From assembly GCA_000165345.1 (NCBI GenBank), contig CM000432.1:160001-224000 (forward strand): 64,000 nt of DNA. The letters run 5' to 3'. Made by a program: the position numbers and the translations under genes. Below the pieces are notes generated by a model. The model did not search any database. It saw nothing but the letters and a program-made list of their open reading frames with translations, and had not been told where the DNA came from. Positions 54,801 through 64,000 of the stretch are shown here, one piece after another. The stretch's first letter is position 1, and the number at the start of each line of letters is the position of its first letter.

Positions 54801-57233
54801 GATATAATTATGAATCTAAAAAGAATGTTAAAAGGTGAGATGATGGTTCCAATGACTCCTTGGTATAAATCTTTCAAAGGAAAAATTTTCCCTATAAAAC
54901 AAAAATCTAAAAAGAATTCAGCAAGTAATGGGGGTGGAAATAATAATAGAAAAAAGACAGCAATCAATAGTTTTAATAATGGAAGCAATAGTAGTATTTT
55001 GATTGGATCACAAGTTGATGCTGAAGATGATGATCTTCAACAAATTCAAAGAACAAATAATATGGGAAATGGTATAATTGAAGAAACATTAGAGCTTGGA
55101 GCAAATTATGAAACTTTTGGGAATTGGTACAAAAAGAATGAAGAGACCCTAGTAATTACTGAACTCCCAGTTAGGAGATGGACACAAGATTATAAAGAAT
55201 GGTTAGAATCAACATTATTACCTGCTCCTAATGCAGATAATGATAATATTGAGAATTCATGGATAATTGATTATAGGGATAATTCATCTCACGAAAGTGT
55301 TCATATTACTGTTAGAATGAGACCAGAAAAATTACAACAAGCAGAAATGGAAGGTATAGAGAAGATTTTTAGATTAAAATCAACTTTATCAACAAGTAAT
55401 ATGACATTATTTGATCATAATAGTAGAATTGTAAGATATGAAACTGAATTAGATATTTTAAAAGAATTCATTCCTATAAGATTGGAAATGTACGAGAAAA
55501 GAAAGAATTACTTACTTTCAAAGTTAAATTATGAGAAATGTTTACTAGAACAAAAGATCTTATTTTTGAAATTAGTTATTCAAGGAGTTATTGGATTAAG
55601 TAATAAAAGCAAGGAAACCTTGGTTTCTGATCTAAAGAAGAATAATATTAAATCTATTAAACAAGTACAAGAATTAACTCAATGGGTAGGAGTAGGAGGA
55701 AGTAATTTAGCACAAAATAGTATTTCTGGAAGTGGAATTGGAGGAAATCCAAGCTTTGTTGATTCTGGTGATAATTCTATGGATTATATCAACTTTGAAA
55801 TGAATTCATTTGACTATTTAGAATCATCTCAACAAGATGGAATACTAGAAAGTACTAGTTATTCACGAGAAACTAACAAAGGAAATGAGCTAAAACTCTT
55901 TGATTACTTACTTTCTATGCCACTTTGGAGCTTGACAAAAGAAAAAATGGAACTTTTGGAGGCTGATTTAATTAAAAAGACTGAAGAATACGAAAAATTA
56001 TTAAAAACAAGTATTGAAGAGATTTGGAATACTGAGTTAGATGAGCTTCTTAAGGTTATTGAAGAGGAAGAGACACAAGATGAGTTGATTGAGGCTGAAC
56101 ATAATAGCTTGATACAAAAACGAAGACTTTCTGTAGATTGGAATGATTCAAAGAAAAAAAAGACAGGAGCTTCTAGAAAAAGAAAAAATGAAACAACAAA
56201 GAAACAAGAAAGTTTAAAAGTAAAGAATCCACAAAAATCAAATTTAAAGAAGACTAGTGCAAAACCTACAAAAAAAAGCAGAATTGATGATTCTGATGAA
56301 GAAGATGATTATATTGATGGAGATAATTACAGTGATGAAGATGATTATTATGATGATATTGGTGATGATTTCTATGGTTCTGATAACTCTAATGATTCTA
56401 ATGATCGAATTATACTAAATAATGAAGAATCAGAAAATGAGGAATTTGACAATCTCACAAGTGATTTAGATGATATCAGTGATGATGGTGGAGTAGGAAA
56501 TAAAGGAAAGCGTACTCAAAAGACTTTAGCTAATAAATCAAAAACAGATAATCAAGGAAAGACAAAATTGAATAATCTTAAAAAAGCAAAGAATACTTCT
56601 TCAGTTAAAAGTTCTTCAAAAGATAAGAAGCAGGGATTATTAAAGGTTCCAAAGAGTACTGGAGGTAATTCATTTGGTGGAATAGGTGGTGGTGTTGCTG
56701 GTACTGGTATTAGCAATACAAATAGTTCTAGTACTAGTAATAATACTTCCACCAAAAAGGAGAATATTGAAAGTTCCTCTTCAAAACCATTAGAATCCGT
56801 ATCTATGTTGCAAAGATTGCAACAAAGGACTAATCTAGTAAATAGCTTAAATCAAAGTTTGAATTCCTTATCTTCAAATCTGACAAAAGTTGCTTCTACA
56901 ACTAGTTCTTCCTCTTCAGGAGGGGTTCCTGCAACTAAGCAGACTAAGATTACAGACCTATTCAAAAGTAAAGATAGTGAAGATATTGAAAGTAGGACAG
57001 CGAAATCTGGAAGTCAGAAGAAACAGAACAGCCAAAATAGTGAAAATGAAATAATTTCCAGACCAAAAAGAGGTAAGAGAAAAACCATCATAGAAAGTGA
57101 GGAAGAAGAGGAAGATGGGGAAGAAGAGGAAGAAGAAGATGATGATGATGAAATTGAGGATCAAGAATCTGTTAGTAATATTTCTAGTGATTCTTTAAAA
57201 GAAAGTGACTTTAGTGAATATTCTGACTTTTAA
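51840..57233 (+). CDS. TOP2: DNA topoisomerase II
   Basis: The ATPase region (LLRPDTYIGS, EILVNAAD, GGRNGFGAKLTNIFS), the TOPRIM/DNA-gate region (LTEGDSAKT, PLRGKLLNV, MLMTDQDHDGSHIKGL) and the breakage-reunion region (AQLAGYVAEHSAYHHGE with the active-site Tyr context RYIFT) are all present. An N-rich insertion sits at ~aa 290-400 and a long acidic/S-rich C-terminal tail follows. The start is an ATG at 51840. Confidence 0.9.
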   Translation: MILEENQLENNELISNSKITSKPKMVNKSKKTVEERYQKKTQIEHILLRPDTYIGSTEFHEQALWVWDDSNMKMVYKTINYVPGLYKIFDEILVNAADVKAREISTKNNHIFEKCTCIKVEINREKKEITVFNDGEGIPIEIHREHQVYVPELIFGHLLTSDNYDDNEDRVTGGRNGFGAKLTNIFSKEFKVECGDNNTGRIFKMTWYDNMSKKSEENIKENYSGKSYVKITFKPDLSRFGNMKDFDDDIISLLNKRVYDISGTSGVKVYLNGSLIPIKDFKSYTLLYLKSRMNNTNNIENNNNNNNNNEKKTSTTRTLRNTNKKNMSKNNSYDDEFENYNVENEDEYDNNFEEDIMEDDEWDDEPKSSKKKNSNSNSKKKKLGQNGNGSSSSLILSGGGGSDTNSPLIIYESVPKWEIVISESDGGQFQHVSFVNSICTIKGGTHISYVLDPLINAILKKVQTKNKGGMDVKSNHVKNHIWIFIKCLIVNPSFDSQTKETLTTKVSKFGSVCTLSEKTINSVVKSSIVENVLMWAQLKQSMELKKKMKSNQKNTVTSRLLGIPKLEDANEAGGPHSKKCTLILTEGDSAKTSCLAGLSIVGRDYFGVFPLRGKLLNVREASFKQQIGNVEIQNILKILGLGIGQKYDNGPVNLRYGSLMLMTDQDHDGSHIKGLIINLIHYYWPSLIHFRGFLKQFVTPIVKAKKGSNEISFFTLYEYEQWRKNNSSNLNGWRFKYYKGLGTSTDLEFKEYFTKIENHSIEFDWMDDQDDEAIDMAFSKKRTEDRKNWIESYKEGTYVDYSINNQCRNLRYFDFIHKELVLFSRYDTTRSIPNLLDGLKPGQRKVLFATFKKKLNNELKVAQLAGYVAEHSAYHHGESSLQSTIVNMAQNFVGSNNLNLLEPCGQFGSRKEGGKDASAARYIFTKLSKWTRYIFPEADDPLLTYLYDDGQQIEPLYYVPIIPMILVNGTDGIGTGWSSSVPNYNPKDIIMNLKRMLKGEMMVPMTPWYKSFKGKIFPIKQKSKKNSASNGGGNNNRKKTAINSFNNGSNSSILIGSQVDAEDDDLQQIQRTNNMGNGIIEETLELGANYETFGNWYKKNEETLVITELPVRRWTQDYKEWLESTLLPAPNADNDNIENSWIIDYRDNSSHESVHITVRMRPEKLQQAEMEGIEKIFRLKSTLSTSNMTLFDHNSRIVRYETELDILKEFIPIRLEMYEKRKNYLLSKLNYEKCLLEQKILFLKLVIQGVIGLSNKSKETLVSDLKKNNIKSIKQVQELTQWVGVGGSNLAQNSISGSGIGGNPSFVDSGDNSMDYINFEMNSFDYLESSQQDGILESTSYSRETNKGNELKLFDYLLSMPLWSLTKEKMELLEADLIKKTEEYEKLLKTSIEEIWNTELDELLKVIEEEETQDELIEAEHNSLIQKRRLSVDWNDSKKKKTGASRKRKNETTKKQESLKVKNPQKSNLKKTSAKPTKKSRIDDSDEEDDYIDGDNYSDEDDYYDDIGDDFYGSDNSNDSNDRIILNNEESENEEFDNLTSDLDDISDDGGVGNKGKRTQKTLANKSKTDNQGKTKLNNLKKAKNTSSVKSSSKDKKQGLLKVPKSTGGNSFGGIGGGVAGTGISNTNSSSTSNNTSTKKENIESSSSKPLESVSMLQRLQQRTNLVNSLNQSLNSLSSNLTKVASTTSSSSSGGVPATKQTKITDLFKSKDSEDIESRTAKSGSQKKQNSQNSENEIISRPKRGKRKTIIESEEEEEDGEEEEEEDDDDEIEDQESVSNISSDSLKESDFSEYSDF

Positions 57234-57592
57234 AAAATTTATTTTATCAAGTTAAGAAGAAAAAATGAAATGGCGGGAAACACACAAATTACGTCTATAA
57301 AGCTAAAAAAATGGATAAAATTAAAGGAAACAAAGGAAGAGAAACAAAATTAAAAGGATAAAAAAGTAGAATATCAATATCAAGAGAAAAAACTTTGTGA
57401 GTTCTTTTTTCTTTTGATATTGATTTTGAAAGATATATATTTTATTGAGTTAGAAGAAAAGGAAATAAAATTGGAACAAGTCAATAGAGCTAGCAGATCT
57501 TAGAAGAATAAAGATAATTATAATAGATTTTGACATAAAGTTAGATTAAAAAAAAAGAATTAAGAAATTTAATATAAAAGGAGGAAATAAAG

Positions 57593-57826
57593 ATGTCAAG
57601 AGGAAATCAAAGAGATATTGATAGACAAAGAGCACAAAAGAGACAAGATAGAACAGCTCCAAAGACTGGAAAATCAATAATAGAACAAAAGGAGAAGATT
57701 TTGAGTATAGTTTGTAATATTTGTAAACAAACATTTATGTGTACTGCAAATAGACAAACCCTGGAGGTGCATGTTGATACAAAACATCCAAAGTTGGAAT
57801 TTTCTCAATGTTTTCCAAATAATTAA
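57593..57826 (+). CDS. ZNF706/SERF-like small protein (4F5 domain plus C2H2-like zinc finger)
   Basis: MSRGNQRDIDRQRAQKRQDRTAPKTGK matches the 4F5/SERF N-terminus (MARGNQRE.ARQKN.KK). A C-x2-C...H-x4-H finger follows (CNICKQTFMCTANRQTLEVHVDTKHPK), as in ZNF706. The start is an ATG. Confidence 0.6.
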   Translation: MSRGNQRDIDRQRAQKRQDRTAPKTGKSIIEQKEKILSIVCNICKQTFMCTANRQTLEVHVDTKHPKLEFSQCFPNN

Positions 57827-57883
57827 TTTTGCAGATAAAACAACAAAAACAATAAGATTCTTTAATAAAAGTTAATTCAAGAA

Positions 57884-59329
57884 TTAAAATATGGTAACAA
57901 TTGTAAAACTAGCGTATAATAGAGCAATAGGATAAGCAATAAGATATCTTTGGTGTTTGAGAGATACAGTATATTCAAAGAATCTTGAAGCAGTAATAGT
58001 ACTCCACATATTAAAGAATATGGCCATAATAATTCCAACTTTAGATCTAAGTGAAAATACAACAGAAATACCAGCAAGAATTACAATTGGGAGGAGTGAA
58101 TATCCAAGAATAGACATTGTAGTATATAAATCAATACTTTGGCTGCTGCTCATTATATTGAGTAAAATATAAGTTCCAATACAACTAAGAATTCCTATAC
58201 CATAAATATATCCAAAATGTATCTTCCCTGCTAATAGAAGGAAGAATCCAAGACATGCAATTAATAATATGGGTCCAGCCATATCCCATTCAATTTCATG
58301 ATTATTAGGTGATCCATCACTTTTCGTACATATATTATTATTTCCAGAGTATTCTTTGATGCTTTTGAACATAATTACACATTTTAAGTATCTTGCAATA
58401 TTTTCAGGGTCAATTCCAAGTTCTTCTAAAAGGGGAGGTTCATTCAGAATATCGTCATAATCATCATCATTTCCTCCTTGTTGAGTTGAAGCACCACCAT
58501 AACTAGATGAAGAAGATGATGATGAATTATCTTGCCCTGATGTCCATAAAAGGCCTGGATTAAGTAATTTTATGAGACTTGTCAAACTTGAATATGATGA
58601 TGTTTTACCTCCTTGCTGTATAGGATGATCCATTGAATTTGGAGAATTCCCAGTTGATGAAAATATACCATTTCCTGTTTGAATTCTGGAACTCCCATTT
58701 TGAGGAAATGGAGTTGACATTGGACCTAATGGAACATTTCCAAAGTTTCCTGAACCTACTACTTGGTTAAAGTCATCATTATTACCAGGTTTTCCTTGCA
58801 TTGCCATTTCCATCATTCCCTTTCCTCCTATGCTTGGTTCGCTTCTTCCTCCAAATTGATTATTTGATTCACTTATGTTGAATGGAGACTTCCTAGGAAT
58901 ATTATTATTCATTGAGGATGATGAGGGACTAAAGCTAAGTGAGGGAGGGTGATTGTAATGGTTATTACTATTATTATGATAATTATTATTGTTGTCACTT
59001 GTATAGTTAGAATTCGGTATTTGAGAAAGATTTCCTTTATTTGTCTTTGCTAAATTATAATTATAATTTGAGTAGTTTAAATTATTAAACATCTTATTGT
59101 TTCCAGATGATCCTGAGATTCCTACTCCAGTAGTAGTCCCACTTCCTCCCATTCCTACCAACGAGTTGATTTCATTTCCTCCTCCATCATTCTTAAGTTT
59201 ACTCATTGTATAAAATTGAAGAGAATTTGCATTTCTATCACCACTATTACTATCGTAATTATTATTAATTCCTCCAAATCCCACACTATTATTGTATGTA
59301 TTTCCAAAACCGTTTACCTGTTGTTCCAT
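57884..59329 (-). CDS. Yip1-domain family membrane protein with N/G/S-rich N-terminal region
   Basis: The C-terminal Yip1 core has a DEP-type motif (DDILNEPPLLEELGIDPENIARYLKCVIMFK) followed by five predicted hydrophobic helices (GPILLIACLGFFLLLAG; IYGIGILSCIGTYILLNIM; MSILGYSLLPIVILAGISVVF; VGIIMAIFFNMW; YPIALLYASFTIVTIF). The track start at 59362 is a TTG, and the first ATG (MEQQVNGFG) is at 59329. Confidence 0.65.
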   Translation of the reverse strand: MEQQVNGFGNTYNNSVGFGGINNNYDSNSGDRNANSLQFYTMSKLKNDGGGNEINSLVGMGGSGTTTGVGISGSSGNNKMFNNLNYSNYNYNLAKTNKGNLSQIPNSNYTSDNNNNYHNNSNNHYNHPPSLSFSPSSSSMNNNIPRKSPFNISESNNQFGGRSEPSIGGKGMMEMAMQGKPGNNDDFNQVVGSGNFGNVPLGPMSTPFPQNGSSRIQTGNGIFSSTGNSPNSMDHPIQQGGKTSSYSSLTSLIKLLNPGLLWTSGQDNSSSSSSSSYGGASTQQGGNDDDYDDILNEPPLLEELGIDPENIARYLKCVIMFKSIKEYSGNNNICTKSDGSPNNHEIEWDMAGPILLIACLGFFLLLAGKIHFGYIYGIGILSCIGTYILLNIMSSSQSIDLYTTMSILGYSLLPIVILAGISVVFSLRSKVGIIMAIFFNMWSTITASRFFEYTVSLKHQRYLIAYPIALLYASFTIVTIF

Positions 59330-59664
59330 ATTTTTCAGATCCAGAAAAATTACCTTAATCAAGTGATTGTAAATACCTTAATATATTTCTCTTAGACTCT
59401 GTAAAACAAGTTTTAAAGATCTTTTATTATTTTATATTTTTAGTTATTTTTTCTAATTCAAACCTTTATACAATTTTTATGCCACAAGAATTCCCGCCAA
59501 AATTTTATTTATTAATTTATTTTAATTTTATACTTAATTACTCCAGGATTTATCTGTAGAAATGTGTGTGAGGCGAATAATATGGTCAGAAAAAGAACAA
59601 GTTCATTTAATAAATTCAATACCTTACAAAAACTTTTAATCTTAATCAAAATAAATTTGTTATA

Positions 59665-59692
59665 TGAATATATATATATATATATATATATG
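59665..59692. repeat. (TA)n dinucleotide microsatellite
   Basis: atatatatatatatatatatatgatata lies in the Yip1 upstream intergenic region. Confidence 0.8.
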
Positions 59693-60313
59693 ATATAATA
59701 TAAATACGTATGCCCTGTATCTATTTTCTATTATTGCATTTTTATTTTTATAATTTAATTCTAAAAATGGGAAGCCCGCCATTTTCTAATTTATATTGCA
59801 TATTTATTTGTATTTGGAAGCCTATAAAAGAAAGGAAAACTAGATGAAAAGGAGGAATGAGAATTTAATGTAGTAATAAGAAGACAATGTGAAAATAAGA
59901 AAATAGTACAATAATGGGAGGAAATTATGTAAAATAAAAAGTGGGGAAAGAAAATTTAGGCTGTTATCAAAAAAAAAGAAAAATAGTCAAATATTTCCTA
60001 CTCTTATATTAGAGATTAAGGGTAGGAGAAGTTAAAAAAAAATGAAAAACAGAAAATAGGTGAAAGTTAAAAAGAGGAAGAAATGTAATTAGAATTTGGA
60101 TTTGAATATTTAAGAAAAATTTCACGATTTTCTTATATCCGAAAAAAAAGTTGATTAGTAAAGGTATCGCATTATACCGGTAAATAGGCGCGTTGAATTT
60201 GCCGCCAAAGTGCATGCATTTATGGAAATAAAATGGCCAAGTATAAAATAGAAAACAAAAAAAATAACGAAAGAATAAAATAAGAAATATTTTATAGTTT
60301 TTAAAACTATTAT

Positions 60314-62125
<1,812 letters not shown>

Positions 62126-62285
62126 TTTTACGTTCTTTTTTTTTTTAATTTCTCACTTCCTACCCTATTTTCTAAATTTAAGTCTTTTGTATACAAAAGC
62201 ACCACAAATCCTCTTTCTTTCTAATATATATATTCTCTCTTTCTATATATTTATCTCTTTCTTTCATTAATTCTATATCTATTTC

Positions 62286-62350
62286 AGTTCCTATATACCT
62301 CTCTTTCTATTTATCTCTCTTTCTATTTATCTCTCTTTCTATTTATCTCT
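62286..62350. repeat. CT-rich 16-nt tandem repeat (ctctctttctatttat x ~3.5) flanked by a direct repeat (ttctttcattaattctatatcta) in the UAP1/CstF-50 divergent promoter
   Basis: The array reads ctctttctatttat ctctctttctatttat ctctctttctatttat ctctctttc. The motif tttcattaattctatatcta occurs at both ~62257 and ~62361. Confidence 0.7.
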
Positions 62351-62459
62351 CTTTCTTTTCTTTCATTAATTCTATATCTACTTCTCTTTCTATATACCTC
62401 TATTTCTCTCTCTTATACCAATAATATTTTCCATGCTCATTTTTAAGATCACGCACATA

Positions 62460-62487
62460 GCGGCGCCGGCGGGAAAATCCGGTACCC
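62460..62487. promoter_or_regulatory. GC island with E2F-like GGCGCC/GGCGGGAAAA motif in the divergent UAP1/CstF-50 promoter
   Basis: gcggcgccggcgggaaaatccggtaccc is the most GC-rich 28-mer in this AT-rich window. It lies 280 bp upstream of the CstF-50-like ATG and ~340 bp upstream of the UAP1 ATG on the other strand. Confidence 0.5.
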
Positions 62488-62764
62488 ATTAATTTATAGT
62501 AAAATTAAGGATGAAAAAAAATAGAAAGTTAGAATAATAATAGTATTTCCTGATCTTTTCTTATTAAAAACTTTCTAAAATAAATAAATCAACAATCTGA
62601 ACATTTATAGTGATTGAAGAAATATTTTGGGAAAGTGATAAGTTGATCAGAAACACTTAACACATATATAATATATATTTTCAAAGTTTTAAAAAAAAAA
62701 AAAAAAACACTTTTTGATTCATCCATTTTTTTCAAATCCCTTAAATTCATATGATAATAATAAG

Positions 62765-64000
62765 ATGAATAATAATGATAATACAAAAATGATACCAATG
62801 AGTGATAGTATGGAAGATCATCTCAGTGTTATGCCAATCAATACAGATGAATCATCTTCTGGCAATAACATTAATACAAATATTTATGGTGAAAATAAAC
62901 TTAATATTACAAAAACAAATGAGCTTGGCTCTTCAACTATTAAAGAATACCTTGAATTTGAACCACTAAAAATTAGTCTATATGAATTAATTATGAGACA
63001 ATTAATGGATGATGGATTAATTGAAGTAGCACAGTTACTACATATTAAAACAAAAACATCAATACCAATACATATTAATAAAAATTGCCTCTATAATCTT
63101 TATAAGACTGTTACATATCTTCCAATGGATTTAAGACAAGGAAATCATGAAAATCATGAAAATAATGATCTTTTAGAATTAAAAAGTACTAATTACGTTA
63201 AAAGAATTGAATCTGTGTTACCACATCTTGAGAATTTAACAAAACAATGGATACCTATTCGACCAAAATCCAGATTTCTGTATTATTATAAAAAGAAAGG
63301 TAATTATTCAAATGCTATAATGAAATCATATCCTTTAATTAATATTAATGATAAAATTACAAATACAAAACATCATATTTCTGATGATTTATCTAATCAT
63401 CATGTTACTCCTATAACTGAAAATGATCAGAATAATCCAATTATTAATGATGAACATGAAAATCAAAAATCAAAAGAAAAACCTTGCAAAGAATTTTATT
63501 TCCTTGAAAACTTATCAAAAATCAAATTACAAGATTCTTGGAATACTATTCCAAATATTTCTGTCAATTTTAGAGGAAATAGTGTCTTATCTAATCATAG
63601 ACCATACTGTAGAGCTTTAGCTGTAAATCCTAATGGAGGATATATTGCTACAGGAGGAGCTGATGGTATTGTAAAAATTGTTCCTGCACCTTCACAAGGT
63701 ATTAATGGTACTTTTAATTCATCTATTTTTGGAATTGGTACTAATTCTAGTCTATCATCACAACAAAAAACATTTACTGAAAGTAAAGGTATTATTACAT
63801 CCCTAGAGTACCGAATTAGAAAAGATATACTCATTTCTGGAGATACTGATTCTACTTTAATTATATATGATGTTAAAGGTATTTCTGGTGGTAATTCTGG
63901 AGATATGGATGAAATTACACCAAATATTACTAATATTAATAATAACAATCAATCCAGAATTTCAAAAAAACCAATACAAAATATTCGTGAAAGTTCTCCA
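62765..64000 (+). CDS. Cleavage stimulation factor 50 kDa subunit (CstF-50/CSTF1)-like WD40 protein, 3'-truncated by the window edge
   Basis: The ORF is open from the ATG at 62765 to the end of the window and is not in the track. The N-terminal dimerisation-region match is LYELIMRQLMDDGLIEVAQLL versus human CSTF1 [21 protein letters not shown]. The first WD repeat NHRPYCRALAVNPNGGYIATGGADGIVKIV matches [30 protein letters not shown]. N-rich insertions lie in between. Confidence 0.6.
   Translation, partial: MNNNDNTKMIPMSDSMEDHLSVMPINTDESSSGNNINTNIYGENKLNITKTNELGSSTIKEYLEFEPLKISLYELIMRQLMDDGLIEVAQLLHIKTKTSIPIHINKNCLYNLYKTVTYLPMDLRQGNHENHENNDLLELKSTNYVKRIESVLPHLENLTKQWIPIRPKSRFLYYYKKKGNYSNAIMKSYPLININDKITNTKHHISDDLSNHHVTPITENDQNNPIINDEHENQKSKEKPCKEFYFLENLSKIKLQDSWNTIPNISVNFRGNSVLSNHRPYCRALAVNPNGGYIATGGADGIVKIVPAPSQGINGTFNSSIFGIGTNSSLSSQQKTFTESKGIITSLEYRIRKDILISGDTDSTLIIYDVKGISGGNSGDMDEITPNITNINNNNQSRISKKPIQNIRESSP

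Noticed and set aside
59560-59700. Short ATG ORF (MVRKRTSSFNKFNTLQKLLILIK...) running into the (TA)n microsatellite
   Set aside because: It is under 40 codons, ends in a dinucleotide repeat, is not conserved-looking and has no splice-compatible continuation.

Overview
This is an AT-rich (~70% AT), gene-dense eukaryotic window with almost no low-information intergenic DNA, and I recognise about 25 protein-coding genes on both strands. I read it as apicomplexan, most likely Cryptosporidium, for the following reasons:
- It carries a pyruvate:NADP+ oxidoreductase (PNO), an N-terminal pyruvate:ferredoxin oxidoreductase fused to a C-terminal NADPH-cytochrome P450 reductase module.
- It encodes an ApiAP2 transcription factor, an oocyst-wall-protein-like Cys/His-rich secreted protein and a multi-Kazal inhibitor.
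- Intergenic regions are short and carry recurring GGCGGGAAA (E2F-like) and GCATGC promoter motifs.

Confidently recognised genes:
- PNO, DNA topoisomerase II, NIP7, 2-Cys peroxiredoxin and ASF1.
- NAP-family histone chaperone, UDP-GlcNAc pyrophosphorylase, DPH6-like diphthine-ammonia ligase and ESF2/ABT1.
- Saccharopine-dehydrogenase-like protein, a minimal XPA homologue, a TAF1-like protein (zinc knuckle plus bromodomain), ZNF706/SERF-like, Yip1-family and a CstF-50-like WD40 protein (3' partial).

The six-frame ORF track misses or fragments at least four spliced genes that I reconstructed by hand from canonical GTAAGT...AG introns:
- a 3-exon IMP/signal-peptidase S26 gene
- a 5-exon UXT/prefoldin-like gene, absent from the track
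- a 5-exon coiled-coil gene
- a 3-exon small longin/TRAPP-Bet5-like gene

The track uses alternative start codons, so several listed starts (NIP7, Yip1, AP2) are not ATG, and I adjusted them where an ATG was evident.

Other notable content:
- a giant Glu/Arg-rich protein whose core is a ~1.3 kb (EEEER[LI]RK)n tandem array
- a 2430-aa type-I membrane protein with an FN3-like domain and unknown function

I found no rRNA or tRNA genes, no transposon-like elements and no CRISPR arrays (not expected in a eukaryote). I do not see a discrete, self-contained 'novel system'. The most interesting material is the PNO fusion, the unannotated intron-rich small genes, the repeat protein and the conserved promoter-motif architecture.
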